Positions 10,643 to 23,879 of a stretch of 64,000 bases of DNA are shown in pieces. The DNA comes from Squalus acanthias (lineage: Eukaryota): the NCBI GenBank assembly GCA_030390025.1, contig CM059432.1:8184001-8248000 (forward strand). Reading direction: 5' to 3'. Under the pieces are notes generated by a model. The model was not told the DNA's origin, did not search any database, and worked only from the letters and a program-made list of their open reading frames with translations. Both the position numbers and the translations under genes were made by a program. Numbering within the stretch: the stretch's first letter is position 1; the number at the start of each line of letters is the position of its first letter.

Positions 10643-12787
10643 AAATAGTGGGAAAGATATGGAGGAGCAAATTTGCAGAGAAATTACAGAGAGGTGCAAG
10701 AACTATAGAGTAGTGATAATGGGGGACTTCAACTGTCCTAATATAGACTGGGATAGTAACAGTTTAAAGGACAGAGAGGGGGAAGAATTTCTCAAATGTG
10801 TTCAGGAGAACTTTCTTGATCAGTATGTTTCCGGCCCAACAACGAAGGAGGTATTGCTGGATCTGGGGAATGAGGTAGGTCAAGTGGAGCAAGTGTCAGC
10901 AGGTAAACATGTAGGGAACAGTGACCATAGGGAGAAAAATTCAGTTGGTTGCGCCTCCCATTAGCGCTTAAGAGGGCGCTAATGGGGCGCAAAGCATCTA
11001 GCGCCCAGGCACGGCGAAGTTTGCGCCGCTCGCGAAATTAACTAGACATTTTGCGGCGGCGCTAAACACTACCTGCCACGATCTCCTGCGCCGGCAGATC
11101 GTGACGTCAGTCGAGTGCGCAACGCCCCGGTATCGCCCCGGAGCAGATATTGAGTGGCGCCCCCTGCCTTACCGCCTGACGCTAGCAACGACAGGTTGAG
11201 GGGAGCGTTTTGCAGTCATGAAGGGACTGGGGGAGCGCTATTTAAAGGTGACCGCTTCCTGCCTTTTATTGTTGGTGCCATTTTTGAACTACGCATTCTG
11301 AGAGAGAGAGAGAGAGACTTCTGGAGAGATTCAACGTTGTGTGAAGGAGTTTTGGGTACTGAGCAGCACTTTGCAGGTTCATGTTGATTTGCCATTCCTT
11401 GTATCGATTTAGCAGAGACTGTGGGGGCTGCACTCTGATCTCTTTGCCTGGTACTCTCCATTGTTCTTTCCAGCAGGTTTGATGTGCAGGTCTCTCCAGG
11501 CCGAGATTCAAGGCTGCAATGAGCAGGATGTGGATGGAAAGCAAGATTAACCATCCCCTTTAAGAACTGGCCCGTGCCATTGTGTGTGTGTTCCATTGCT
11601 GACTGACATTACATGAGCTTCGCCAGCGCTCTGAGGTAGCGCCTCGCTCCTCGGCCTTTGCGCCTTAAGACAGGTGTGAAGCGCCTGATTTAGCGCTCCA
11701 CTCACCTCCAGGGGACGATAAAAGTCAAGTTTGCAGTCGGTGGCGATAATTAGCGCCAGGCGCTAATCTTTGCGCCCGGCCGATAATTGCGTCCCAAACG
11801 GGGCGATACTGAATTTCTCCCCCTATATAGTATCATAAGGTTTAGATTAGCTATGGAAAAGGACAGGGAGCAATCTAGAGTAAAAATACTTAATTGGAAG
11901 AAGGCCAATTTCAGTGGGATGAGAATGGATCTGGCCCGGGTAAATTGGAATCAAAGATTGGCAGGCAAAACTGTAATGTAACAATGGGCTGCCTTTAAAG
12001 AGGAAATAGTTCGGGTACAGTCGAGGTCCATTCCCACTAGGGGGGAAAGGTAGGGCAACTAAAGTCAGGGCTCCCTGGATGACGAAAGAGATAGAGAATA
12101 TGATGAAGCAGAAAAAGAGCACATATGTCAGATGTCAGGCATATAAATAGTAAGAGGAGGGGTTGGGCCAATTAGGGATCAAAAAGGAGACCTATGCATG
12201 GAGGCAGAGGGCATGGCTGAGGTGCTAAATGAATACTTTGCATCTGTCTTCACCAAGGAAGAAGATGCTGCTATAGACATAGTGAAGGAGGAGGTAGGGA
12301 AGATACTGGATGGGATAAAAATTGATAAAGAAGAGGTACTAGAAAGGCTGGCTGTACTTAAAGTAGATAAGTCACCAGGACCGGATGGGATGCATCCTAG
12401 GACGCTGAGGGAAGTGAAGGAAGCAATCGCGGAGGTACTGGCCATAATCTTCCAATCCTCCTTAGAAACGGGGGTGGTGCCAGAGGACTGGAGAATTGCA
12501 AATGTTACACCCTTATTCAAAAAAGGATGTAAAGATAAACCCAGCAACTACAGGCCAATCAGTTTAACCTTGGTAGTGGGGAAGCTTTTAGAAACAATAA
12601 TCAGGGACAAAGTTAACAGTCACCTGGACAAGTGTGGATTAATTAAGGAAAGCCAGCATGAATTTGTTAAAGGCAAATCGTGTTTAACTAACTTGATCGA
12701 GTTTTTTGATGAGGTAACAGAGAGGGTTGATGAGGGCAATGCGGTTGATGTGGTGTACATGGATTTCCAAAAGGCATTCGACAAAGT
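10643..12787 (+). mobile_element. Continuation of the first CR1 ORF2 (degenerate), interrupted by a MITE
   Basis: MGDFN, then PGPDGMHP, NYRPISLT, YMDFQKAFDKV, with stops and frameshifts. Confidence 0.9.
10930..11823 (-). mobile_element. Non-autonomous internal-deletion derivative of the Harbinger family
   Basis: Termini GGGAGAAAAATTCAG ... CTGAATTTCTCCCCC. The left half matches the reverse complement of the Harbinger right end; the right half matches the reverse complement of the left end, including the Myb start region. Confidence 0.85.
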
Positions 12788-13971
12788 TAAAGGGGAGGGC
12801 CGCTGCGCACTCTGCAGGGCCTCCGATGGCACACACTTGGCCACCAGGCGGCGTGGTGCCATGGCAGCAGCCCGGCGCCGAGACGCGGTGCCAGGCTGCG
12901 CAATGGCAGCCAGGACCATGCCACGGCCCACCACGGAGGGCCGACCTGGAGGTCGGCCAAAAAAAGGAACTGGCGGCGCGGGTCTCGGCCTCACCTCCCC
13001 TTTAACTACCACCCCGCGAGAGGTCAGCCCGGCTCGCGACCTGCGAGGCTGGCTATGACACCGCCCATGGCAGCCTCGCGGGGCGCAGCCGAATTTCTGC
13101 CGCGGAGCGGTAAGGGGACGTTGCGGGGCGCTAAGGGGTCACGGCGCATGGTGATTACATCATCGCTGGTGGCACACCAGCCTGGGGCGCTACTGGTGGG
13201 GGCGCTACCGGTGGGGGCGCAGCGCCATCGGGTAGTGCCTCAGCAACGCCCCGCTGAATTTCTCGGGAGGCACTCACCCCCGCCCGGGCAATAAGCCCGT
13301 TGCGCCCCGTTAGTGCCCCCAAAGGTGCTAACGGCAGACGCAATGGAGCCGAATTTCCTTCTGTACAGAAACCCCATAAGCATGAATGGGAATAGCCCAA
13401 AAAATACATGCACACATCAAATAAAAAAAAAGAAATCACATGTTTAAAATTAATCAAACTGGCATTTAATTAATATTTAAACCAAAAATTTTAATTTTGA
13501 AAAATAAATTTAGATGTTTTCAAGGTGCTAAAAATAAACTTACCTTATTTCACAGGTTTTTAAATGTATAAATTATTGATAAAATTTTATTTTTCTGTTT
13601 TTTAAAACTCTTAGGGGGAAAAATTAGGTCGCGCCCCGTTTGGGGCGCAAATATCGTCTGGATGCAAAAATTAGCGCCTGGCGCTAATTATCGCCACTGA
13701 CTGGAAACTTCACTTTTACCGCCCCGGGAGGTGAGTGGAGCGCTAAATCAGGCGCTGCACACCTGTCTTAAGGCGCAAAGGCCGAGCAGTGAGGCGCTAA
13801 CTCAGCATGCGAGCGCAGCGCAGGTGCTGCCAGTTAGCGAGGGAACACAGACACACTGGCGCCGGCCAGTTCTTAAAGCGGGGGGGCCAACTTGCTCCCC
13901 AGCCACACCCTGCTCATTGCAGCCTTGAATCTCGGCCTGGAGAGACCTGTGAATCCATTTTGCTGCCAAGG

Positions 13972-15846
13972 ATGGAGAGGGTGAGAGAACGAGCTCAGCG
14001 CTTCACCGAGCGGGCCTTGGATGCTCTGGTTGGCGCGGTGGAGCACAGAAGATCTATACTCTTCCCTGAGAATGGCAGGAGGCCTTTGCCACGCGAGTAC
14101 AGAAGAGTGTGGAGGGAGGTGGCTCAGAGCGTCTCCTCCAGGAGCATGGTGCCCAGGACCCATACTCAATGCCGCAAAAAGTTCAACGACCTCACTCGGG
14201 TCGTCAGGGTGAGTGGCTTTTTCTCAATACCTCTCCATCCATCCATCTCAACCTCACTCTATGGCCAGAGGGTCTTAAAACCCCAATGCACAACACTCAT
14301 CCAACACCAATGGCCCTTTCATGAAACACACACACACATTCCACACTTTGCATACAGTAAGGGCTATTCACCTATGGGAGGCACATCAGGCAAGACCATG
14401 GCTGCATACAGTAAGGGCTATTCACCTATGGGAGGCACATCAGGCAAGACCATGGCTGCATACAGTAAGGGCTATTCACCTATGGGAGGCACATCAGGCA
14501 AGACCATGGCTGTATATTTACTCAGATGCTGCCCTTTTACTTGCAGGCCAAGCTGGCGCATAATAGGAGACAGCAGCAACGGACAGGTGGAGGGTGGCCT
14601 CAGCTGCAACCCCTCAGCGATCTTGAGGAGCGCGTCCACAGGATTGTGGCAAGCCGGGTGATCGGTCCCGTCGCCACTGGAGACGCCGACCCCGTTCTGG
14701 ACAGCAATGGTAAGGTCATCACCTTTTTGTCCTCTGTCCTTCCACTTGTCCCTCACAACACCAGCCTTTGAAACTTTCAATCCAACTTGCTAACTCGCTG
14801 CACTTATTCCTCCCTTACTGCCACCCTGTCCTCACGCTAAAGCCACTCTTGTACCTCCCTGCTTTCAGATGGTGATTCACCAGCTGAGGAGACGGGCCCT
14901 GAAGCTGCCAGTGGGAGTGAAGCTGCAGCCGAGGAGGAAGAGGAAGCCGGAGCATCAGTGCCACCCTCTCCCGAGGAAGCCCATGCCCACACTGGGAACA
15001 CGCCTTCCCTGGAGGGGAGCAGGGGGGAAGGGTCTGATGAGGGTGAAGCTCCAGGACCCAGTGGGCTGCAGCAACGCCATGGGGGTAGGGAAGAACGGGG
15101 GCCTTCTCCCCAGAGGGAGAGTATGCCAGCGACTCCTACTGCAATGGACGCAGAGGAGGAGCGGCTGATCGCAGAAATGAACACCCAGGCGGTGGGCATG
15201 CACACTGAGCTCATGGGTGCAGTGGGAAGGGTGCCCGAATGCATTGAGTCACTGGCAAGGAGTGTGGAGCACTTCGCTGTAGCACAGGCGGATGCCACAC
15301 TAAAGCTTAGTGCTGCAATTCAGTCACTGACTGCCGTGATCCCATCTCTGACTGCTCTCATGCAGACTCAGATTGAGGCCACGCGAGCACTGACTGCTGC
15401 CAACCTCGATGGTTCGTTCACATGTCCCCGGGGCTCTCACCGCGCCGCAGCAGGCCAGCAATCTGTGCTCCAGCAGATTGACTCCGGATGCTGAAGTGCT
15501 GCCCCGTGGGAGTGCCAGTGTGTCGGTCGAGCAGGGAGTTGCTGTCCTCTCTCACGATGACAGCATTCCTGCTGCCAACACTGTCACTTCTCCACTGCAC
15601 TTGCCACCGCCTGTAGGACAGACTGCTGCCGCCCATGCAGAGTTGGTGCAGTCTGCAGCCGGGCCCTCCAGGCCCAGAACTGGTCGAGGCCGTCCTTCAG
15701 GGGCATCTGCAGTGTCAGGGTCTGACAATCAGCAGCCTTCCACCAGCCTTGCTGCAGCCACTGAGGTCCCATTACGGAGGAGCAGTAGGGTTAGAAGGGG
15801 GGAAGTGCGCAAGGGAAGGAGATCACCCTCGAAGGGCAAAAAGTAG
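13972..15846 (+). pseudogene. Harbinger Myb/SANT-like DNA-binding gene, 3 exons (13972-14208, 14547-14709, 14869-15846), +1 frameshift near 15481
   Basis: RFT..L.LV...W.EVA..V...RT..QCRKKFNDL; GT-AG introns with compatible phases; RTGGG motif. One extra base relative to copy 2. Confidence 0.8.
14349..14512. repeat. 3 x 54-bp tandem repeat in Myb intron 1
   Basis: TGCATACAGTAAGGGCTATTCACCTATGGGAGGCACATCAGGCAAGACCATGGC x3. The same array is at ~38809-38972. Confidence 0.92.
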
Positions 15847-16147
15847 GAGGTGTGGTCATTTTTTTATTAAAGGCCGAGGTTCGTGGTCCAACTTTTGTCT
15901 AGTGTTTTGGACATTATCTCCAGGTTGTGAGAACCAGTTATGTTAATGACTGTTTTTTTGTGTTTATTTCTATGAGTTTGTCATGAGGAAATGACACACA
16001 CAGAGTTTGTAAAGTAAATAAGTTTTTGTATTCAAAATATACATGTTTGGTGTTTGGAATCATTGGTGCCTTGGCCGGCTTAGGGGTTGCGTGCTGGGTT
16101 CATTGATGTTGTTAGCAATGGCAGAAGCCATTTCCACAGCAGGGGCC

Positions 16148-17307
16148 CTAGAAGCGGCTTGCTATCAGCCGTTGACGGACGGCCCTTGCAGTTTCACCAT
16201 TGTGGGCCGCCCTCCCGCCTTGGTGCTGCTGATGATCATCCTCCTCGTCCTCTTCCTCCTCTTCCTCCTCCTCCTCTGGTGGCCTCCAAGGCCTGGTGGC
16301 ATTGGCTGGGTCCTGACGATTGCCATGTTATGCAACATGCAGCACACAACTACGAAGTTGGATACTCGCTCAGGCGAGTACTGCAGGGCTCCTCCAGAAT
16401 GGTCGAGACAGCGGAACCGTTGCTTCAGCACGCCGATTGTGCGCTCAATGATGTTCCTGGTAGCTTGATGGCTCTCGTTGTACCGCAGCTCAGCAGGGGT
16501 GTTGGGCGTACGGAGCGGTGTCATCAGCCAGGTGCTCAATGGATACCCCTTGTCCCCGAGAAGCCAACCAACTGGCTGATGCGGTGCCTCGAAAAGTTCT
16601 GCCACAGTAGTCTGGCGCAGGATGAAAGCATCGTGGCAGCTGCCAGGATAGTGGGCATTGACAGCGAGTATCAGCTGTCTGTGGTCACAGACCAACTGAA
16701 CATTCAAGGAATGGAACCCCTTTCTGTTCCGGAATTCCTCGGCATTCTCATGTGGAGCACGCAAAGCCACATGCGTGCAGTCAATGGCGCCCTGCACCAT
16801 GGGGAAGCCCGCTATCCTCGCAAAGCCCAGAGCGCGGTCACGCTGCTTGTCTGGGGTCATGGGGAAAGAGATGAACTCTCGTCTCCTTTTAAAGAGGGCA
16901 TTTGTGACCTGCCGGATGCAGCAATGCACCGCGAACTGGGAGATATTGGCGAGGTCCCCAGCAGCAGCTTGAAATGAGCCAGTAGCATAGAAGTTGAGAG
17001 CCACTGTGACCTTCACTGCCACCGACAGAGACATCCTGGACCTCAGTTGAGGCTGCAGATCTGGCTGCAGCAGGTGGCAGAGCTCAGTGACCACCTCCTT
17101 GCTGAATCGCAGCCTTCGCAAACACAGCTCCTCAGACATATGAATGTAGGAGAGCTGTTCACGATATACCCTGGGAGGGTAAGCTCTCCTGTACATACGC
17201 CTGTTGGCCCTCCTCCGTCTGGCCATCATTGCCACTCTCTCTCTGCGTCTCTGTGTCCTCCGATTCAGCTGGAGCAGGACGACGCCCCCATTCAGTGCAG
17301 CCCCCAT
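16148..17307 (-). pseudogene. HARBI1-like DDE transposase, 1-nt deletion near 16280 alters the C-terminal tail
   Basis: GAIDCTH, HDAFIL, LLGDKGY, IERTIGVLKQRFRCL, CCMLHN. Length is 1160 nt versus 1161 nt in copy 2. Confidence 0.88.
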
Positions 17308-18089
17308 AGTCTCTTTGCAAGCAAAGTTATGAAGGACAGCAACCAAAGTACCAGCGAAGTTAGGATCAGTAGGCAAAACTACCTCACAAAGCGTTGACTC
17401 AATGCAGAAGTCTCTCTTTCTCTCTCTCCGAATCTCTCTCTCTCTCTCAGAACGAGTGGTGCAAAAATGTCAACCACAGAAAAAGACAGGAAGAGGCCCC
17501 CTTTAAATAGCGCCCCCCCCCAGCCCCACAGCGATTGATAGCGTTCCAGTCTTCCGGTCGTTGGATGCGCCAGGCGGTAAGGCAGGGGGCGCCACTCAAT
17601 TTCCGCTCCGGGGCGCCACAAGGGCGTTGCACCATGGAATGATGTCACAATCTGCGCGCGCAGGTGGTCGCGGCGGTAAAGTTTAGCGCCGCCGCACAAT
17701 GTCTAGTTAAGTTCCCGAGCGGCGCAAACATCGCTGCACCCGGGCGCTAGCGGCTTTGCGCCCCATTAGCGCCCTCTTAAGGCGCTAACGGGAGGCGCAA
17801 CCAACTGAATTTTTACCCCTTACTTTGGTAAAAGCTTTTACCAGGCGTAAGAATTTCACGGGCATTCGCTGGGCAGAAGTCTTCACCCGCGGATACCCTT
17901 TTCACGGGGATTCGGATCATCTGTCAAGATGATTCTTGACAGAATCGCAAGTTCCGGGTTTTAGCGCATGCGCGTAAGCACCTCGTACGCACCAGTAGGG
18001 GCTGCAAATTATGGCCCATTAATTACCTCCATCCAAATTACTAGATTGGTACAAGGGATGAGGGACTTCAGCTATGTGGCAAGACTAGA

Positions 18090-18370
18090 GAACAACAACA
18101 ACAGCAACAACTTGTATTTATATAGCGCCTTTAACGTAGTAAAACATCCCAAGGCGCTTCACAGGAGTAGTAAAAGACAAATTTGACACCGAGCCACAAA
18201 AGGAGAAATTAGGGCAGGTGACCAAAAGCTTGGTCAAAGAGGTAGGTTTTAAGGAGCGTCTTAAAGGAGGAAAGAGAGGTAGAGAGGCGGAGAGGTTTAG
18301 GCAGGGAATTCCAGAGCTTAGGGCCTAGGCAACAGAAGGCACGGCCACCAATGGTTGAGCGATTATAATC
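18090..18370 (-). mobile_element. L2-type LINE 3' fragment
   Basis: Same tail as 480-880. Confidence 0.7.
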
Positions 18371-18995
18371 ATTCACTCCCTCCACCACCGGCGTACCGTG
18401 GCTGCTGTGTGTACCATCTATAAGATGCACTGCAGCAACTCGCCAAGGCTTCTTCGGCAGCACCTCCCAAACCCGCGACCTGTTCCACCTAGAAGGACAA
18501 CGGCAGCAGGCACATGGGAACACCACCACCTCCAAGTTCCCCTCCAAGTCACACACCATCCTGACTTAGAAGTATATCGCCGTTCATTCAGTCGCTGGGT
18601 CAAAATCCTGGCACTCCCTCCCTAACAGCACTGTGGGCGTACCATCACCACACAGACTGCAGCGGTTCAAGAAGGTGGCTCACCACCACCTTCTCAAGGG
18701 CAACTAGGGATGGGCAATAAATGCTGGCCTTGCCAGCGACGCCCAGATCCCATAAACGAATAAAAAAAAAATCAGGGATGCTCAGCGAGTTATTATGATC
18801 TGGAATGCACTGCCTGAAAGGGCGGTGGAAGCAGATTCAATAGTAACATTCAAAAAGGAATTGGATAAATACTTGAAGGGGAGAAAATTACAGGTCTATG
18901 GGGAAAGAGCAGGGGGAGTGGGACTCATTGGATCACTCTTTCAAAGAGCCGGCACAGGCACAATGACCGAAGGGCCTCCTTCTGTGCTGTAAGAT
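18371..18995 (+). mobile_element. CR1-group LINE 3' fragments
   Basis: Tail GCGGTTCAAGAAGG...GGGATGGGCAATAAATG with poly(A), then IWNALPERAVEADSIVTFKKELDKYL. Confidence 0.7.
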
Positions 18996-19714
18996 TCTCC
19001 AGTTTTAACTCCAGGTGGATTCGCCGCTCAGACCTGAGTTAAAATTACAGTCGGGTCTCAATGATGTCAACGGGCTGCAACATGCATATGTAAAGAAGGA
19101 CACCTGTCGTCTCCGGGCGCCTGTCCTTGTTGTTCCTGCTCAGGAGAGCAGGTTAAAATTGCAGATGTTGCGATTATGGCGGCTTTCAGACAGGTGAGAG
19201 CCAGGGCGATTTTAACTGCCCACCCGCCAGTTTTCTGCTGAGCGAGAAAGGGTTAAAATCGCCCCTATGAAATATAGCTGCTTGTATTCACAGTAAGCAG
19301 GTACCTGAGGGCTGTATCAGTCATATTCCTCCTCCGTAGGCAGACTCCAAGCTGAAGTTAGGTTCTCTCACCTACAAATCTTCCACATTTTTGAAAAATC
19401 AGAGTTTCCTTTTCTATGGCAGTAGTTGTACCAGAAGAGTGATTCTTGTCAGAATTGTTCATTTTACTAGACTAAAGATGCTATATAAATGCAAGTAGTT
19501 GTTGTGTTGTTATTATGTAAGTTGACTGGAATAAATTGAAGGAAAATTTGACTTGACTAGGAATAACATCAAAGCGAAATTCTGCATTAAAGTTGCTCTA
19601 AATTTGAACAGGATTTGATTTTTCATTAAGTCGATGACCAGTTCATTAAAACAGACTTGGCCAAGTTAAAATCGGCCTTGCCAGTGTATGTGTCTGTGCA
19701 AGGAGGATGATGTC

Positions 19715-20185
19715 GCCGGTCTAGTAATCAGTGGGTAGCACTCTCGCCTAGGAGTCAGAAGCTTGTGGGTTCATAGTCCCACTCCAGAGACTTGAGCACA
19801 CAAAGCTAGGCTGACACTCCAGTGCAGTACTGAGGGAGTGCTGCACTGTTGGAGCTGCCGTCTTTCAGATGAGATGTTAAACCGAGGCCCCGTCTGCTCT
19901 CTCAGGTGAACGTAAAAGATCCCGTGGCACTATTTCAAAGAAGAGCAGGGGAGTTATCCCCGGTGTCCTGGCCAATATTTATCCCTCAATCAACATCACT
20001 GAAACAGATGATCTGGTCATTATCACATTGCTGTTTGTGGGAGCTTGCTGTGCGCAAATTGGCTGCTGCATTTCCTGCATTACAACAGTGACTACACTTC
20101 AAAAAGTATTTCATTGGTTGTAAGAGCTTTGGGATGTCCTGAGGTTGTGCAAGGCGCTATAGAAATGCAAGTCTTTCTTTCATTT
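19715..20185 (+). mobile_element. tRNA-derived SINE with Deu-like central domain
   Basis: A/B-box-like head, central GATGAGATGTTAAACCGAGGCCCCGTCTGCTCTCTCAGG...GTGTCCTGGCCAATATTT and a (CTTT)n tail. Several copies in the window. Family assignment is from recall. Confidence 0.7.
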
Positions 20186-20232
20186 CTTTCTTTCCATTCC
20201 AGAGGTTAACGCAGGTCACTCCATTCCACTCA

Positions 20233-20560
20233 TAGGGGGAAAAATTCAGTTGGTTAGCACCTCCCGTTAGTGCCAGTAATGGGGCGCTGATGCAGTAGCG
20301 CCGGGGTGAGGCTGCACGGCAAATCCGGACACCCCGTTGCACCGCTGGTACGAGTTACAGCCAGGGAATTCAACGCCAGGCAGACTGTGACATCAGTGAG
20401 CGTGCAACGCTCACTGGGTGCCCGAACTGCAAAATTCATTTTCGCCACCTACCTTAGCACCTCGACCAGACAGCAACAGGGAGAGGAGGTGTCAAGCAGC
20501 TGGAAGCCGGCTCCAGGGACGTTATTTGAAGGGATCATGAGAAATGAGGCACAGCTGTCA
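20233..20560. mobile_element. Diverged Harbinger-family terminal fragment
   Basis: GGGGGAAAAATTCAGTTGGTT...CCTCCCGTTAG matches the reverse complement of the Harbinger right end. Confidence 0.6.
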
Positions 20561-21516
20561 GGTTAGTGGAGTTTCAGTGCTTTCTTGTCAGTTTGACATT
20601 GTGCAACAGTTTAATTCAGGAATTTAAAGGTTCTTTTGTATCAGGAGTGTTGTGGCAACTAAAGAGTAGTTACATTTATTCTTAAAACAATTACTCTCTC
20701 TCACCCTGGCCGTTCCCCCAGTACAGCCCTCATCTTCGCTCCCTTAAGTCCAAGGGACGCAGACTTGAACGGATATGGCGGACAACTGGTTTAGCCATTT
20801 ACCGCCAGATCTGGCTGGACCACATAAAGCATTATTAGGTCTTGATCTCGTCTGCCAAAACTGCAAAGATAAACCCTGGCTTCCATTCTCCACTGCTAAC
20901 CATCTTTAAAACCCCTCTCCCCTGTCCCCTCCACCCTCACCTCCAACAATAAGTGTGAGGAGCTCATGGACTTCTTTGTCTCTAAGATTAAGACCATCCG
21001 TTCAGCTGCATCTGCCACTTCCCTTCCTTTGTGAAGGAATAAGCCATATAACCTATTCAGAAAAATACACCATTCTATGAAATAATTCTGGCCTTATTAA
21101 AACATGACAAACTCGGTTTGGAAATCTGGAAGCCTCAACAATCCAAAGCTGTGATAGAATTCTGGCTATAGAGATAAGATAGTTGTTGACACTGAATCAA
21201 TAACCTTATTGAAACAGAAGGTTAAAGGCTCCCGACAGTCTGAACCTTTCGGAGCAAAACAAAGGTTCACCCTGTACAAGGTGTTCTAATTTACACTTCA
21301 TAAAGATGCACAAACAGAAGACCTTAGTAAAAATGACATCAAATAAAATGCACCTGCTGTTACCCCGTTTTTTATGGTAAGCTTAGAATACCCAGAGGAG
21401 AGACACGATTCTGTATTGCTACCAGCTGAGGTGACTGTAAGAATTGTAGAAGTCAGCAGAAAAATGACTAGAGATAATTAGCTTACATCGGCAGAAATCC
21501 TTAAAGGGAATACCAC

Positions 21517-22925
21517 TGGAAATTATAGACCAGTAAGTCTGACATCAGTAGTGGGGAAAATGCTAGAGTCCATTATAAAAGATGTAATAGTAGAGCACTT
21601 GGAAAACAGTGACATGATCAGACAAAGTCAACATGGATTTACAAAAGGTAAATCATGCTTGACTAATTTACTGGAATTTTTTGAGGATGTAACTGGTAGA
21701 ATAGATAAGGGAGAACCAGTGGATGTGGTGTATTTGGACTTTCAGAAGGCTTTCGATAAGGTCCCGCATAAGAGATTGGCATGCAAAGTTAAAGCACACG
21801 GGATTGGGGGTAAGGTACTGTCTTGGATAGAGAACTGGTTGGCAGCCAGGAAGCAAAGAGTTGGAATAAATGGGTCTTTTTCCGAGTGGCAGGCAGTGAC
21901 TAGTGGGGTACCGCAGGGATCGGTGCTAGGACCCCAGCTATTCACAATATATATAAATGATCTAGACAAGGGAACTAGATGTAATATCTCCAAGTTTGCA
22001 GACGACACAAAGCTGGGTGGGCATGTGTGCTGTGAGGAGGATGCAGAGAAACTCCAGTATGATTTGGACAGGTTGGGTGATTGGGCAGATGCATGGCAAA
22101 TGCAGTATAATGTGGATAGATGCGAGGTTATCCACTTCGGTGGCAAAAACAGGAAGACAGATTATTATCTGAACGGCAATAGATTGGGAAAAGGGGAAGT
22201 GCAATGAGACCTGGGTGTCCTTGTGCACCAGTCGCTGAAGGTAAGCATGCAAGTGCAGCAGGTGGTTAAGAAGGCAAATGGTATGTTGGCCTTCATAGCG
22301 AGAGGATTTGAGTACAGGAGCAAGGATGTCTTGCTGCAGTTGTACAGGGCCTTGGTGAGTCCACACCTTGAGTATTGTGTGCAGTTTTGGTCACCTTATC
22401 TGAGGAAGGATGTTCTTGCCATGGAGAGAGTGCAGCGAAGATTCACCAGACTGATACCTGGGATGGCAGGAATGACGTATGAGGAGAGATTGGGTCGATT
22501 AGGCTTATATTCGCTAGAGTTTAGAAGAATGAGAGGGGATCTCATTGAAACTTATAAAATTCTAACAGGACTAGACAGACTAGATGCAGGAAGGATGTTC
22601 CCGATGGCGGGGGAGTCCAGAACCAGGGGTCACAGTCTAAGGATAAGGGGTAAGCCATTTAGGACTGAGATGAGGAGGAATTTCTTCACCCAGAGAGTGG
22701 TGAACCTGTGGAATTCTCTACCACAGAAGGCAGTTGAGGCCAATTCATTAAATATATTCAAGAAGGAGATAGATATATTTCTTAAGGCTAAAGGGATCAA
22801 GGGATCTGGGGAGAAAGCAGGGACAGGGTACTGAATTTGGATGATCAGCCATGATCTCATTAAATGGCGGAGCAGGCTCAAGGGGCCGAATGGCCTACTC
22901 CTGCTCCTATCTTCTATGCTTCTAT
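21517..22925 (+). mobile_element. CR1 3' portion (RT domain with in-frame stop, plus 3' UTR)
   Basis: ORFs 21551-22207 and 22223-22834, and a (CTTCTATG)n tail. Confidence 0.9.
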
Positions 22926-22959
22926 GCTCCACTCGAGCCTCCTCCCATCTTTCCTCATC

Positions 22960-23325
22960 TAAATCTATCAGCATAACCCTCTATTCGCTTCTCCCTCATA
23001 TGCTTATCTAGCCTCCCCTTAAATGCATCTACTCTATTCGCCTCAACCACTCCCTGTGGTAGCGAGTTCCACATTCTCACCACTCTCTGGGGAAAGAAGT
23101 TTCTTCTGAATTCCCGATTGGATTTCTTGGTGACTATCTTATATTGACGGCCTCTAGTTATGCTCTTCCCCACAAGTGGAAACACTCTCTCTTTATCCAC
23201 TCTATCAAAACCTTTTGTAATTTTAAAGACCTCTATTAGGTCACCCCTCAGCCTTCTCTTTTGAAGAAAAAAGAGACCCAGCCTGTTCACCCTTTCCTGA
23301 TAGCTATAACCTCTCATTTCTGAAA
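22960..23325 (-). mobile_element. CR1 3' fragment
   Basis: LRGDLIEVFKI...RVVRMWNSLP. Confidence 0.8.
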
Positions 23326-23879
23326 TTATAGATGAGATGTTAAACTGAGGCCCTCTCAGGTGGTGTAAAAGATCCCATGGCACTATTTCGAAGCAGAGCA
23401 GGCCAATATTTATCCCTGAACAAACACCATGCAAAAAAAAAGGATGCTCTGGTCATTATCACTTTGCTGTTTGTGGGAGCTTGCTGTGCCCAAATTGGCT
23501 GCTGTGTTTCCTACATTACAACAGTGACTATACTTCAAAAAGTACTTCCATTGGCTGTGAAGCGCTGTGGGACATCCTGAGGATATGAAAGGCGCTATAG
23601 AAATGTAATTCCCTCTTTCTTTGAGAGAAACAAACAGATAAGGACATTTTCCGAGGGTGAGGGGGCATTTTGGTTTGCACCTTGCGGAGTGGGGGGGGGG
23701 CGGGGCGGGGAATGAGTGGGATTGGATAGAAAGTTAAGGATGAGATGGGTGTTAACGGAGCAAGAAGAGGGGAAGAAACAGGGATTGGATGAGTGGATCA
23801 ATGGGTAAGAGGTAAGGGTGAAGGGTTTTTAGTAAGGGGAATTGGTATTCAGAAAAGTAAAGGGGTGGGGAATATGAAA

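Larger units (their letters stand above)
13614..17819. mobile_element. Harbinger/PIF DNA transposon, copy 1 (full length, both genes frameshifted)
   Basis: TTA TSD (13611-13613 and 17820-17822), TIR GGGG(G/T)AAAAATT, and convergent Myb/SANT and DDE transposase genes. Confidence 0.93.

Noticed and set aside
12788..13058. Novel C-terminus on the CR1 RT (ORF 12198-13058)
   Set aside because: Chance read-through from a truncated CR1 into an adjacent GC-rich repeat.
14349..14512. CRISPR-like repeat array
   Set aside because: Head-to-tail identical units with no unique spacers, in a eukaryotic intron, and no cas genes.
13807..14661. 284-aa single-exon Myb protein from the ORF track
   Set aside because: It reads through intron 1. 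The spliced three-exon model is conserved in both copies, whereas this ORF ends differently in copy 2.
16087..16977. 296-aa and 268-aa plus-strand ORFs (also 40714-41520)
   Set aside because: Antisense shadows of the GC-rich transposase genes.
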